DNA of 64,000 nucleotides from an uncultured Lachnospiraceae bacterium (GTDB lineage Bacteria > Bacillota > Clostridia > Lachnospirales > Lachnospiraceae): NCBI GenBank assembly GCA_902778245.1, contig CACYXH010000003.1:8017-72016 (forward strand), given 5' to 3'. Below the pieces are notes generated by a model, which saw nothing but the letters and a program-made list of their open reading frames with translations, had not been told where the DNA came from and made no database searches. The first letter of the stretch is position 1, and every line of letters begins with the position of its first letter. The translations under genes and the position numbers were made by a program. Positions 29,124 to 38,291 of this stretch are shown here, piece after piece.

Positions 29124-29801
29124 TCAATACTGCGTGATCTGTCGCCTTTTTTCCTGCAATTCATAATGGCAAAACTCTTTTTGTTCTCTCCAGATTTCTT
29201 TTTCAAGCAGCAGCAGATAACCGCTCCCATTCTTTACTCTCCAGTCAAAATATGTTCTATGAGGAAGTGCATACCGCTCCATAATGCTCATAATTGTGCC
29301 CCCATGAACCACCATGCAGACTTCCTGCCAGTTTTCAGAGCAGATCCGCTCCACTGCCTGTTCAAACGCTTTGCAGCATCGCTCCCGAAATGCTTTAGGG
29401 ATTTCTCCATGGGGAAAGGGCAAAGAACCGTTACTGTCAACCCACCGTTGATATTCCGGGCAATGGGACAGTTCTTGATAGTTCTTATTTTCAAACATAC
29501 CAAAATTACATTCCCGGAAATCCGCAACAATCTCCCTGTTTTTTCCTTCCAGAAATTTCCGTATGGCTCGATCACTTCTGACTGTCGTCCACTGCCCGGC
29601 TTCTTCCCCTGATAACAAAACTGCCGTCTCCAGGCAACGTCTCAGAGGGCTGACAAACCATGCCTGTGACGCGCTATACGATCCAATTGGCAATTCCCGG
29701 ATTCCTTCGGGACAAAGGGGCTCGTCTGTGGCTCCTATATACCTTTTTGATAAATTGCCGATGGTCTTTCCATGCCGGATCAGATTAATTCTTGCTATCA
29801 T
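29124..29801 (-). CDS. Histidine phosphatase family protein (CobC-like alpha-ribazole phosphatase)
   Basis: 225 aa with an RHGKT N-terminal motif. It lies in the cobU-cobS cluster. Confidence 0.65.
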   Translation of the reverse strand: MIARINLIRHGKTIGNLSKRYIGATDEPLCPEGIRELPIGSYSASQAWFVSPLRRCLETAVLLSGEEAGQWTTVRSDRAIRKFLEGKNREIVADFRECNFGMFENKNYQELSHCPEYQRWVDSNGSLPFPHGEIPKAFRERCCKAFEQAVERICSENWQEVCMVVHGGTIMSIMERYALPHRTYFDWRVKNGSGYLLLLEKEIWREQKEFCHYELQEKRRQITQY

Positions 29802-30180
29802 CTTTAATGACCATTCCCACTCCGCAAACTACACGGTATACCTTGTCCGCTTCTTTCGCAAGTTCCGTACAGATACGGCCTGTATTTTCCCGCCACTTTC
29901 GATCAAAAGGCTCAAAGGGCACAATCCCGCAGCCCATCTCCTGGGTGACAATGACCACATCCGGATTATCCAATCTTATTCGCTCAGCAAGTTTCTCGCA
30001 GCTGCGTCCATCCTGGATGCATCTCCTTATATATTCCTGGAAATGATAAATCCCCTTGGATGTAAAAATCGAATCCCAATCACAGTCCGCGCCATCCAAA
30101 AAGTCCTCTTTTTGATAACCGGTCAAGTCCAATGCAAAAGAAAGCTTCCCCTGAAATGCGCCTCCAACAACTAAAATCAT
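29785..30180 (-). CDS. CobU/CobP-like protein with a degenerate P-loop (short paralogue)
   Basis: 131 aa. MILVVGGAFQGKLSF differs from the GGSGSGKSE of the neighbouring CobU. The C-terminal part VTQEMGCGIVP...R.WRENTGRI is CobU-like. Confidence 0.5.
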   Translation of the reverse strand: MILVVGGAFQGKLSFALDLTGYQKEDFLDGADCDWDSIFTSKGIYHFQEYIRRCIQDGRSCEKLAERIRLDNPDVVIVTQEMGCGIVPFEPFDRKWRENTGRICTELAKEADKVYRVVCGVGMVIKDDSKN

Positions 30181-30929
30181 ACCAGTATCACTCCCAATGC
30201 CATCACCAGTTCACAAACTTGCAGAAACCACCCCGCCAGATCCCCGGTAATTCCTCCGAATTTTCGATAAGCTATTCCCCGGTATCCACAAAAGACCAAT
30301 ATCGCCAAGAGCACTGAAATACATCCATATACCGGTTTGAGAGCGATCATAATCGCAGTCGTCACCGCCAGATAGATAACCATAACTGCGGCCACCCTCT
30401 GGTTTGCAGCAGCATCGGAAAAAGTTCTCAATAGTCCGGTATTCTTTGCCTTTTTTAATATAACAAGCCCTAAGCCGGATAAACTTCTGCTTATCACATA
30501 CCCCAGGCCAATCGCTGCCATCTGTTCCTCTGTCACTTCGGAGAAGACTCCAAATGCCAAAACAAAGTAGGAAATCCCTATGATAATGGCAAAAGCGCCT
30601 GCATGGCTGTCTTTTAAAATCTCCAATTTTTCTTCCTGTGATTTATAGGAACTCAGAGCATCCGCCGTGTCTAAGAGTCCATCCAGATGAATCCCGCCAG
30701 TTACCACCACCGGCAGCAAAATCAATACTGCAGTGCGAAAACTTTCTCCAAATCCGGCATATACCGCAAGCCGATACCATAAATTTTGCACAAGTCCGAT
30801 CACCACACCTATCAACGGAAAAAAACAGATACAATACTTCATATTATTTTCTGTCCACTGAATTCTGGGCATGGGTATTTTTGAATACATGGAAAAAGCC
30901 ACTACAACGCTCTGTAAAAATGTTTTCAA
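30177..30929 (-). CDS. cobS: Adenosylcobinamide-GDP ribazoletransferase (cobalamin synthase)
   Basis: 250 aa, polytopic, with FSMYSKIPMP and GGIHLDGLLDTADA. Confidence 0.85.
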   Translation of the reverse strand: MKTFLQSVVVAFSMYSKIPMPRIQWTENNMKYCICFFPLIGVVIGLVQNLWYRLAVYAGFGESFRTAVLILLPVVVTGGIHLDGLLDTADALSSYKSQEEKLEILKDSHAGAFAIIIGISYFVLAFGVFSEVTEEQMAAIGLGYVISRSLSGLGLVILKKAKNTGLLRTFSDAAANQRVAAVMVIYLAVTTAIMIALKPVYGCISVLLAILVFCGYRGIAYRKFGGITGDLAGWFLQVCELVMALGVILV

Positions 30930-30930
30930 T

Positions 30931-31461
30931 TCATGAACCGCCTTTCAGAAAAACAGGAACACCGTAGACGACCTCCACTACTTCATCCGCCTGTTTTGCC
31001 AGAAATGCATTGATTTCTCCCAATACGCTCTGAAATTGCCGTGTTGTCTCATCATAATGAATTCCGTCTGAAAAAACTTCATTCGTCACCACAACGAGAT
31101 TATCACATTTTCTCCGCAATCTGTCAATTCCGGTTTTCACTTCCTCTGCGGCCCGATCCCGGCTGCCGGCCTCGTTGAACATTTCATTTGCCGTTAGATT
31201 TGACATACATTCCAAAAGGACCGTGGCTTTGCACGCATTTTCCTCCAGTTCTAATCCCTTCAAATTCAGATATCGCTCTATTGTTTGAAAGCCCTTTCCG
31301 CTTCGCATTCTTCGGTGACGATCCACTCTTTTTTTACTCTCATCATCAAAGCACATCATGGTAGCAATATAGTACCGCCTTGGATCTCCAAACTCCAGAA
31401 CCCGCTGCTCTGCATACTCTGATTTTCCACTGCCGCTGCCGCCAGTCACTAAAACAAACAT
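30931..31461 (-). CDS. cobU: Bifunctional adenosylcobinamide kinase / adenosylcobinamide-phosphate guanylyltransferase
   Basis: 176 aa. LVTGGSGSGKSEYAE is the P-loop, and YIATM and VVVTNEV are also present. Confidence 0.85.
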   Translation of the reverse strand: MFVLVTGGSGSGKSEYAEQRVLEFGDPRRYYIATMMCFDDESKKRVDRHRRMRSGKGFQTIERYLNLKGLELEENACKATVLLECMSNLTANEMFNEAGSRDRAAEEVKTGIDRLRRKCDNLVVVTNEVFSDGIHYDETTRQFQSVLGEINAFLAKQADEVVEVVYGVPVFLKGGS

Positions 31462-31505
31462 AATTTCTGTCCTTATTTTTCGAGTTTTCGCAAATATGCT
31501 TAATC

Positions 31506-31534
31506 AGTATATCTCATATAGTTTATCCTTGCAA
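31506..31534 (-). promoter_or_regulatory. Sigma-A-type promoter TTGCAA-17-TATACT upstream of cobU
   Basis: Read directly on the minus strand, about 45 nt upstream of the cobU ATG. Confidence 0.4.
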
Positions 31535-31558
31535 GAAATACCTGCAAGAAAACAAAAT

Positions 31559-31612
31559 ACGGTTTCCGTTCTCTCTTTCCCTTGTAAGGAAATATAGAAA
31601 AACGGAAACCGT
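31559..31612 (-). terminator. Terminator hairpin after the cell-wall hydrolase gene
   Basis: ACGGTTTCCGTT-30 nt (itself hairpinned)-AACGGAAACCGT is followed by ATTTTGTTTTC on the minus strand. Confidence 0.5.
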
Positions 31613-31635
31613 CTTCTTATACATCAATATCTTGA

Positions 31636-32880
31636 TTATTGCCATTTTTTAAAGAAAACGTGATCCCCTAACTGCTTGTACGATGCCGACAATCCCAGCC
31701 TCTGATAAGCCGGTTTTGGCATGAAGAACAGATAGGACTTAAGATTGAAATCTTTTCCATCTATCTCTATGTTGTATTGGTTCGCTTTATACTTTTGCAT
31801 AACCTCCGCAGCCGCTTTTTTACAGCTTGCGGTAATTTTGCTCTGATTTTTCAGGGCCTTTGTCAATGCTCCGTCAAAGGTCGGGGAGAACTGAACGCTC
31901 TGATACACTACTTCTTTCAGTTTTGACGGAAAACTGGAACTGCGCATACGGTTCGTAATAACCATACCTACCGCTACCTGACCGTAATACGGCTGGTTAC
32001 CCGCCTCACAATAAATAATCGCCGCCAGCAGTGTTCCATCGCTCACCACCGGATCTGTGTAGTAAGTACTCTGCACAGAGACACTGGGCTTCGTGGTCTC
32101 GTTCGTTTTCTCTTTTGTGGATCCCTGACCGTTTTTATCAAAAATATACTTGACCCCGCTCAGTGTCTTGGTAGTATCAGTAATCTTTTTATTATTTGAG
32201 CCAAAATAGTAATATACACCACCAAGAAGCTGCAGTCCCTTCAACGGGTGCCCGTCTTCCCCCACATAGCGGTCGCCCACCCATGCGTTCTTCTCAACAT
32301 ATCCGGATGCGTTTATGTAATAATTATTTACCCAAACTTTACTTCCCAGTACACCATTGGAGCCAAAGTAATATTTTTTACCATCAATGGTCACAAAAAC
32401 TTTGCGCAGCATACATCCGGTCTTTTTGCTAAAATAATACGTTTTTCCCTTTATCTCAGCCTTACCTGTCTGCATGACGCCATCGCTGTCAAATCCAAAA
32501 TAGTTTTTACCGATTTTTACAATACAGTTTTTGTATATCTGGCCTTTTTTGGATGCATAGTACTTTTTACTCTTACTTAAAATCCACTTTGATTTAAGAA
32601 GTTTTCCGTTTTTGTCAAGATAGTAGGTCTTTCCTTCTACCGTCAGCCATCCCTTATACACACTGCCATCCAGCTTGTAGCAGTAAGTTGTACTTCCGCT
32701 CTTTACAAAGCCAACATTCTTTTCCGCAAACCACTGACTGGAGAGTTTTTTTCCTGACTTATTATAGTAAGTATAGGTCCCGTTGGAATTTTGCACCCAG
32801 GATGCATCCGCTTTTACCGGTCCGATCATAAAAAGCGCCAGCAATAATAATACCGCTGCAAAACCTGACCTTCTTCCCAT
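31636..32880 (-). CDS. Secreted cell-wall hydrolase: cell-wall-binding (CW_binding_1-type) repeats plus a C-terminal SleB-type hydrolase domain
   Basis: Start at MGRRSGFAAVLLLLALFMIG (signal peptide, GGAGG RBS). GW..(K)TYYF...G repeats recur. The C-terminal part is LLAAIIYCEAGNQPYYGQVAVGMVITNR. Confidence 0.75.
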   Translation of the reverse strand: MGRRSGFAAVLLLLALFMIGPVKADASWVQNSNGTYTYYNKSGKKLSSQWFAEKNVGFVKSGSTTYCYKLDGSVYKGWLTVEGKTYYLDKNGKLLKSKWILSKSKKYYASKKGQIYKNCIVKIGKNYFGFDSDGVMQTGKAEIKGKTYYFSKKTGCMLRKVFVTIDGKKYYFGSNGVLGSKVWVNNYYINASGYVEKNAWVGDRYVGEDGHPLKGLQLLGGVYYYFGSNNKKITDTTKTLSGVKYIFDKNGQGSTKEKTNETTKPSVSVQSTYYTDPVVSDGTLLAAIIYCEAGNQPYYGQVAVGMVITNRMRSSSFPSKLKEVVYQSVQFSPTFDGALTKALKNQSKITASCKKAAAEVMQKYKANQYNIEIDGKDFNLKSYLFFMPKPAYQRLGLSASYKQLGDHVFFKKWQ

Positions 32881-32954
32881 TTTCCATCCTCCACGCATTT
32901 GCCATAACAAAACAGATCGTTTCAAATATTACATTTGTGTTAAATCTGTTTTAC

Positions 32955-32983
32955 ATTATAGGGCAAAGAATGGAATTTGTCAA
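32955..32983 (-). promoter_or_regulatory. Consensus sigma-A promoter TTGACA-17-TATAAT for the cell-wall hydrolase gene
   Basis: Both hexamers are perfect with 17-nt spacing, read directly on the minus strand. Confidence 0.55.
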
Positions 32984-33070
32984 ATAAAATATCCGATCTG
33001 CAGCATTAAATGCTTAACAAAATTAAGCCTCCAAATGGAGATTTTTTAGTCTCAATGCACAATAGGTTAC

Positions 33071-33101
33071 GGAATGGAAACATCTGATGTGTTTCCATTC
33101 C
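33071..33101 (-). terminator. 12-bp hairpin after spoIVA (no clear U-tract)
   Basis: GGAATGGAAACA-7 nt-TGTTTCCATTCC. Confidence 0.35.
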
Positions 33102-33154
33102 CGGGCATGACGGACAGTGAGAGCGCTCTTCCGTAAGATATGTTTACATCCTCC

Positions 33155-34627
33155 TCATATGATTATGCAGATGAGCCCTCCATTGGATTCGTTTACTATG
33201 CGCTTCATGGTATCCTGCAGCTTTTTCTGGCTTTCTTCTCCGATCATGGCCAATTTGTTATCGATCCCGTCCGTCACCAGCTGTTCCACGGATTTGCCGA
33301 AAATATTTGTTTTCCAGATGCCTTCCTCCTGTCCTTTGGAATCATTAATATACTTGATCAGATCCTGCGCCTGAGCTTCACTGCCCACAATCGGCGCAAT
33401 CTCCGTTTCAATATCCGCACGTATAAGATGAACCGACGGGCTGGCCGCTTTGATCTTAACCCCGAACTTGCTTCCCTGTTTAATGATCTCCGGTTCTTCC
33501 AGTGTGATCTCCTCCTGACGGGGCTTGATAATGCCGTACCCGGTGAGGCGCACACAGCGGATGGCATCCTCCACATTTTCATACTCCCTTCGGTTGGCTG
33601 AAAGATCCTTCAGTATCGAGATCAGCTGATACTCTCCGGCAATCTCCAATCCGGTAATTTCACTTAAGATACCATAATAATAGCTGTCATCCGGCTCCAG
33701 TGTGATCTCTGCCAGGCCCTGAGCCAGATTTACCTGATCCAACTTTACCTTTCGGATAAAGGGTTTGTTCATGTTCAAAAGGTCCTGGGTAATGTCTTTC
33801 ACAGACTGTACCCTCTCCATGATCTTATGAACCTCTTCCAGCAGTTCCTGTTTCATCCAGTGTTCATTGCTCAGCATTTCCATCCATTTTGGCACAAAAA
33901 ATTCCAGCCGAACAATAGGAAACTCATATAACAGTTTCTCAAAAATTCGCTGAATGTCTTCTTTCCGCAGCTGTTCGCAGTTCACTGCCATACAGGCGGC
34001 CTGATAATTATTTTCGACGAAAGCAACGGCCTGCGCAGCCTCATCTCCATAGGGTTTCTCAGAATTTACCAGTACCAGGAACGGTTTTCCTATTTTTTGC
34101 AGTTCTTGAATCGCTTTCTTTTCTGCCTGTAGAAAATTTTCTCTGGGCAGTTCCCCAAAACTCCCATCACCGGTCATAACAATCCCCACGGTTGCATGCT
34201 CCCGGATCACTTTATCCGTCCCCATGGAAGCCGCTTCCGTAAATGGGATCTCCTTTTTATCCCAGGGTGTTTTTACCATGCGGATCGCTCCATTTTCCCC
34301 GGAATAGCCTTCCGCTCCATCCACCACATATCCAACGCAGTCCACCATTCTCAGGTTAACGGCAACGCCCTCTCCCAGATCGATCCTGGCCGCTTTCCTT
34401 GGGACAAACTTGGGTTCCACTGTAGTGATCGTTCTTCCAATTCCGCTGGTCGGTAATTCATCCCTCATCATCTCCAGCTCATGACCGCTCTGCTGAGGAA
34501 GCACCATCAATTCCATAAATTTGCGAATAAATGTGGATTTTCCCGTTCTGACCGGTCCAACTACCCCTATGTAAACCTCACCGCCGGTACGGGCTTGTAT
34601 ATCTTTGTATAACTGAAACTCCTGCAT
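33155..34627 (-). CDS. spoIVA: Stage IV sporulation protein A (spore coat morphogenetic ATPase)
   Basis: Start at MQEFQLYKDIQARTGGEVYIGVVGPVRTGKSTFIRKFME. 490 aa, matching SpoIVA in length and Walker A motif. Confidence 0.9.
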   Translation of the reverse strand: MQEFQLYKDIQARTGGEVYIGVVGPVRTGKSTFIRKFMELMVLPQQSGHELEMMRDELPTSGIGRTITTVEPKFVPRKAARIDLGEGVAVNLRMVDCVGYVVDGAEGYSGENGAIRMVKTPWDKKEIPFTEAASMGTDKVIREHATVGIVMTGDGSFGELPRENFLQAEKKAIQELQKIGKPFLVLVNSEKPYGDEAAQAVAFVENNYQAACMAVNCEQLRKEDIQRIFEKLLYEFPIVRLEFFVPKWMEMLSNEHWMKQELLEEVHKIMERVQSVKDITQDLLNMNKPFIRKVKLDQVNLAQGLAEITLEPDDSYYYGILSEITGLEIAGEYQLISILKDLSANRREYENVEDAIRCVRLTGYGIIKPRQEEITLEEPEIIKQGSKFGVKIKAASPSVHLIRADIETEIAPIVGSEAQAQDLIKYINDSKGQEEGIWKTNIFGKSVEQLVTDGIDNKLAMIGEESQKKLQDTMKRIVNESNGGLICIII

Positions 34628-34668
34628 ATTAATATCCCTCTTGAACTCTGATTGCCGGTTATTACTAC

Positions 34669-34697
34669 AATATATGTACCAGAGAGTTTCTTTATGA
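34669..34697 (-). promoter_or_regulatory. Possible sigma-E-type promoter for spoIVA
   Basis: tCATAaa-16 nt-CATATATT compares with the B. subtilis sigma-E consensus ATA-16/17-CATACA-T. spoIVA is sigma-E dependent in Bacillus. Confidence 0.35.
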
Positions 34698-34706
34698 CTC
34701 ATAGCA

Positions 34707-35615
34707 TTAGGGATGTACCGTCATTGCATTGAATGAATATCCAAGACATTCCCCCATGTGCACTTCTGTCTCGCACTCACGGGCAGTATTCTTCAGCAGG
34801 TCTTCCCGTATCTGAATACGGTCTCTTTGTATCAACAGAATAATCGTAGATCCTCCAAACTCAAATCTTCCTTTCTCCTGTCCTCTTTCCACACAACCCT
34901 GCTGATGATAATTGCAGATACGCCCCACCATCAGGGCTCCCACTTCCATCTGAAGAACCGTACCAAACTCGTTATTTTTTACCAGCGTGAATTCTCTGGC
35001 ATTTTCTTTAAACACCTCTGCTGTCTCCACAGCAATTGGGTTAACGGTATGCAGCACACCGGGAATGAAGTAATTATCGGATTTTTCCCCGCTCACAGGG
35101 TAGATATAACGATGGTAATCTGTCACACAAAGCCGCAGGACGATAGCATATCCTCCCTGGTAACGCTTTGCCAGCTGTCTGTTTTTCAACAGGGAAGCTA
35201 CAGTATAACGAGTCTGTTTTACTACAAAGGAGGTATCTTCTCCGATGGGATATACCGTCGCCTTTCCATCACAGGGCGAGGGAAAATGTGTATTTTCCCT
35301 ATCCACCACCCGCATTCCGGGAAGTAGTTCCCGGGTGAAAAAATCATTGTAGGAAATATATTCTGCAGGTGTCTTCCGGCGGTAAGGAGCCATATCCAGA
35401 TGACAGCTTCGCATAAAAGGCAGGATCAGCCATCTGGATGCTTTTGTATCAAGATATGCCCCAACTTTTTCTGAAATACCGGGACGAACCAGACACTTTA
35501 TCAGCCATCTTCCCGCATTTGTCGTATACAGCACCGAAAACAAGCGATCCTGTTTCCCCTGCTCCTCATGAATTTCACCGCAATGATCAACATATCTCAT
35601 AAACAGCGTCCTCAT
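34707..35615 (-). CDS. psd: Phosphatidylserine decarboxylase proenzyme
   Basis: 302 aa. FEFGGSTIILL contains the G-S-T self-cleavage site. Confidence 0.85.
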   Translation of the reverse strand: MRTLFMRYVDHCGEIHEEQGKQDRLFSVLYTTNAGRWLIKCLVRPGISEKVGAYLDTKASRWLILPFMRSCHLDMAPYRRKTPAEYISYNDFFTRELLPGMRVVDRENTHFPSPCDGKATVYPIGEDTSFVVKQTRYTVASLLKNRQLAKRYQGGYAIVLRLCVTDYHRYIYPVSGEKSDNYFIPGVLHTVNPIAVETAEVFKENAREFTLVKNNEFGTVLQMEVGALMVGRICNYHQQGCVERGQEKGRFEFGGSTIILLIQRDRIQIREDLLKNTARECETEVHMGECLGYSFNAMTVHP

Positions 35616-35620
35616 TTCAA

Positions 35621-36304
35621 TTAATACAATCTCAATAGTTTCCCAATGATCACCAGCGCTGCTAAAATTATAACTCCTATCATCTTATTATCCGGTTTTT
35701 TTACCCGAATACTGCTGACATTCAGCAGCGCAACGGTCAGCATAACAGCGATCAGCACTCTCTGATACGCCAGTATTCCCATATACGGTCTCAACAGATA
35801 TACCACCGGAAAGATGATGGCGATCGCCGTCACCGGCAATCCCTGATATTCTTTCCGCGCCTCCTTCGTTTCTTGCTGGCGCTTTTCTTCCATCACATTA
35901 AAATAGCCCAGACGGATCACTCCCGCCAGCACAAACAGGCACATAGACGTAGTGCCCCAGAAACCTCTCAATCCCAGGCTGTATCCGAGAAAAGCCGGAT
36001 ACACGCAAAAACAAACCAGATCGCACAGTGAATCAATCTGAATTCCAAATTTTTTTTCGTCCTCTGTACGGTTTTTCTTTGATCTGGCCACACGGCCATC
36101 CAGCATGTCACAAATACCGGAAATAACCAGACAGGTAATGGCAATACCATAATGTTCAATGCCTTTTAAAGCTTCCAGTGACTTCATCATTCCAATTAAA
36201 GAGCTGAACAGTCCAATATAGGTCAAAATCACTGTATAATCATAAAATCCCAAAAACATGCTGTTATTTTCCCCATTATTTCGTTTCTCTGGCTCCATCC
36301 TCAT
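35621..36304 (-). CDS. pssA: CDP-diacylglycerol--serine O-phosphatidyltransferase
   Basis: 227 aa. The CDP-alcohol phosphatidyltransferase motif is DMLDGRVAR...G.QIDSLCDLV. Its ATG overlaps the upstream stop (ATGA). Confidence 0.8.
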   Translation of the reverse strand: MRMEPEKRNNGENNSMFLGFYDYTVILTYIGLFSSLIGMMKSLEALKGIEHYGIAITCLVISGICDMLDGRVARSKKNRTEDEKKFGIQIDSLCDLVCFCVYPAFLGYSLGLRGFWGTTSMCLFVLAGVIRLGYFNVMEEKRQQETKEARKEYQGLPVTAIAIIFPVVYLLRPYMGILAYQRVLIAVMLTVALLNVSSIRVKKPDNKMIGVIILAALVIIGKLLRLY

Positions 36305-37005
36305 ACCTCTTCTCCGCTGTCTGCAGACAATCCAAGTCTTTTGTTCAGTTTCTCAAATCTATTCATGATCCCAATATAAACTTGGGTATGCCCCGCAATC
36401 CAGTAACATCCTTCCGCAATCACCACCGCAGCAATCACATCCACAAGATAATGTTGCTTTGTTGTCTGTGTAGATATAAACACCGCAAGCGCCGTCACGC
36501 AAGAGAAACTCTGATACCATCGGGGAATCTTCTCCTCCCCTCTAATACCGATATAGCAGAACCAACTCACCAGGCAATGAATAGACGGAAACAGATTCGC
36601 CGCTTCATCCATATTCCATAGCCATCGCATCGCCGGATTAAAAATCGACTCTGCCGGAAGTTCCGGCCGGATATTCGTTGTGGGCAGAAACAAGAAAAAA
36701 ACACCGCAAATTACTCTTGAAATCATATCAGCAGTTATAAATTTATAAAAATGCTCTATTCCCAGATGCCCAATCATTATGTAGTTGACTCCCCAAAAAA
36801 GGTAGCAGCCAAAATAAATAAGTATCGTCCAGGGCAGGATTGGCACCATACGATCCAACTCCGTGGTAAAATCATAGTGGTAACGCCCGGCTGCAACTAT
36901 CATCGTCCCCCAATAAACTAAATCATTAAATAAGAACACCGTTAGCAGAGGGATGATCGAATACAGCCTTATCTTCGGATCAACATACTTTTTCAGAAAT
37001 TTCAT
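36301..37005 (-). CDS. PAP2_C / sphingomyelin-synthase-like phosphotransferase family membrane protein
   Basis: 234 aa, polytopic. It carries PSIHC (S-x-H) and KQHYLVDVIAAVV (H-Y-x-x-D-V) motifs. Confidence 0.55.
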   Translation of the reverse strand: MKFLKKYVDPKIRLYSIIPLLTVFLFNDLVYWGTMIVAAGRYHYDFTTELDRMVPILPWTILIYFGCYLFWGVNYIMIGHLGIEHFYKFITADMISRVICGVFFLFLPTTNIRPELPAESIFNPAMRWLWNMDEAANLFPSIHCLVSWFCYIGIRGEEKIPRWYQSFSCVTALAVFISTQTTKQHYLVDVIAAVVIAEGCYWIAGHTQVYIGIMNRFEKLNKRLGLSADSGEEV

Positions 37006-37017
37006 TCATCCGCTCCT

Positions 37018-38232
37018 TTAAAGATTTGCGTTCACCAGCCTCGGCTGATAACCACGCTCTTTCAGTGCCTCGACAATGCGGCTCTTGTGTTCGGTTCCAA
37101 AACATTCCAGCGTGATACGCAGTTCAACCGCCGCATTTCGATTCGTACTTACAAACTGATTATGATCCAGCTTAATGACATTCCCCTGTTCATCCGCAAT
37201 GACGGAAGCTACCCGTACCAACTCTCCGGGCTTATCCGGAAGCAGCACTGATACGGTAAAGATACGATCTCTCTGGATCAGACCATGCTGAACCACAGAT
37301 GCCATAGTGATGACATCCATATTTCCGCCGCTTAGGACGGCTGTTACCTTTTTCCCTTTTACATTTAGATGTTTTAGCGCCGCTACCGTAAGGAGCCCGG
37401 AATTCTCCACCACCATCTTGTGGTTCTCTACCATATCCAAGAAAGCCACGATCAGTTCATCATCCTCCACTGTGATGATATCATCCAGATTTTCCTGCAG
37501 ATACGGGAAAATGTGCTCTCCAGGAGTCTTTACAGCAGTACCGTCTGCGATGGTATTTACACTGGGCAACGTCACTACCTCACCGGCTTCCCGGGAAGCT
37601 TTCAGGCAGGCAGCGCCGGCCGGTTCCACACCGATCACTCTAATTTTGGGATTCAGGAGTTTTGCCAGTGTAGAGATACCAGTGGCAAGACCGCCTCCTC
37701 CCACCGGAACCAGAATGTAGTCCACCAACGGAAGTTCTTTAAATATCTCCATAGCGATGGTACCCTGGCCGGTAGCTACCACCGGATCGTCGAAGGGATG
37801 GATAAACGTATAACCATTTTCCTCTGCCAGCTTCAAAGCATGCTCGCAGGCTTCATCATACACATCCCCGTACAATACCACCTCGGCGCCATAGCTTTTG
37901 GTGCGGTTCACTTTCATCAGCGGCGTGGTGGTGGGCATCACGATCACAGCCTTGCAGCCATATGCCTTTGCAGCATAGGCAACTCCCTGAGCATGATTTC
38001 CCGCTGAGGCGGTGATCAGTCCTTTCTGACGTTCATCCTCGCTCAATGTACTTATCTTGTAATAGGCTCCACGAATCTTATAAGCTCCGGTCACCTGCAT
38101 ATTCTCCGGTTTCAGATATACACGGTTTCCGGTCTGTGCACTGAAATGTTCACTGTAGATCAGTTTGGTTTCCTGAACCACTTTTCGCACAAGGTCGGAA
38201 GCCTCTTCAAACGCTTCTAATGTCAGCATCAT
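37018..38232 (-). CDS. ilvA: Threonine ammonia-lyase (threonine dehydratase)
   Basis: 404 aa. NMQVTGAYKIRGAY contains the PLP lysine, with GNHAQGVA and GGGGL also present. The C-terminal domain is ACT-like. Confidence 0.85.
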   Translation of the reverse strand: MMLTLEAFEEASDLVRKVVQETKLIYSEHFSAQTGNRVYLKPENMQVTGAYKIRGAYYKISTLSEDERQKGLITASAGNHAQGVAYAAKAYGCKAVIVMPTTTPLMKVNRTKSYGAEVVLYGDVYDEACEHALKLAEENGYTFIHPFDDPVVATGQGTIAMEIFKELPLVDYILVPVGGGGLATGISTLAKLLNPKIRVIGVEPAGAACLKASREAGEVVTLPSVNTIADGTAVKTPGEHIFPYLQENLDDIITVEDDELIVAFLDMVENHKMVVENSGLLTVAALKHLNVKGKKVTAVLSGGNMDVITMASVVQHGLIQRDRIFTVSVLLPDKPGELVRVASVIADEQGNVIKLDHNQFVSTNRNAAVELRITLECFGTEHKSRIVEALKERGYQPRLVNANL

Positions 38233-38291
38233 TTATCGCTCCGTTTCTAAAATCTTATTGGTAAATATTATTCAACCAGCATGCCCCATTT

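Noticed and set aside
31462-31635. A cobalamin riboswitch might be expected upstream of cobU.
   Set aside because: The region is only about 175 nt. It is accounted for by the upstream gene's terminator hairpin plus a promoter-like element, and I could not find a B12-box-like conserved core. A covariance-model scan would be needed to exclude it formally.
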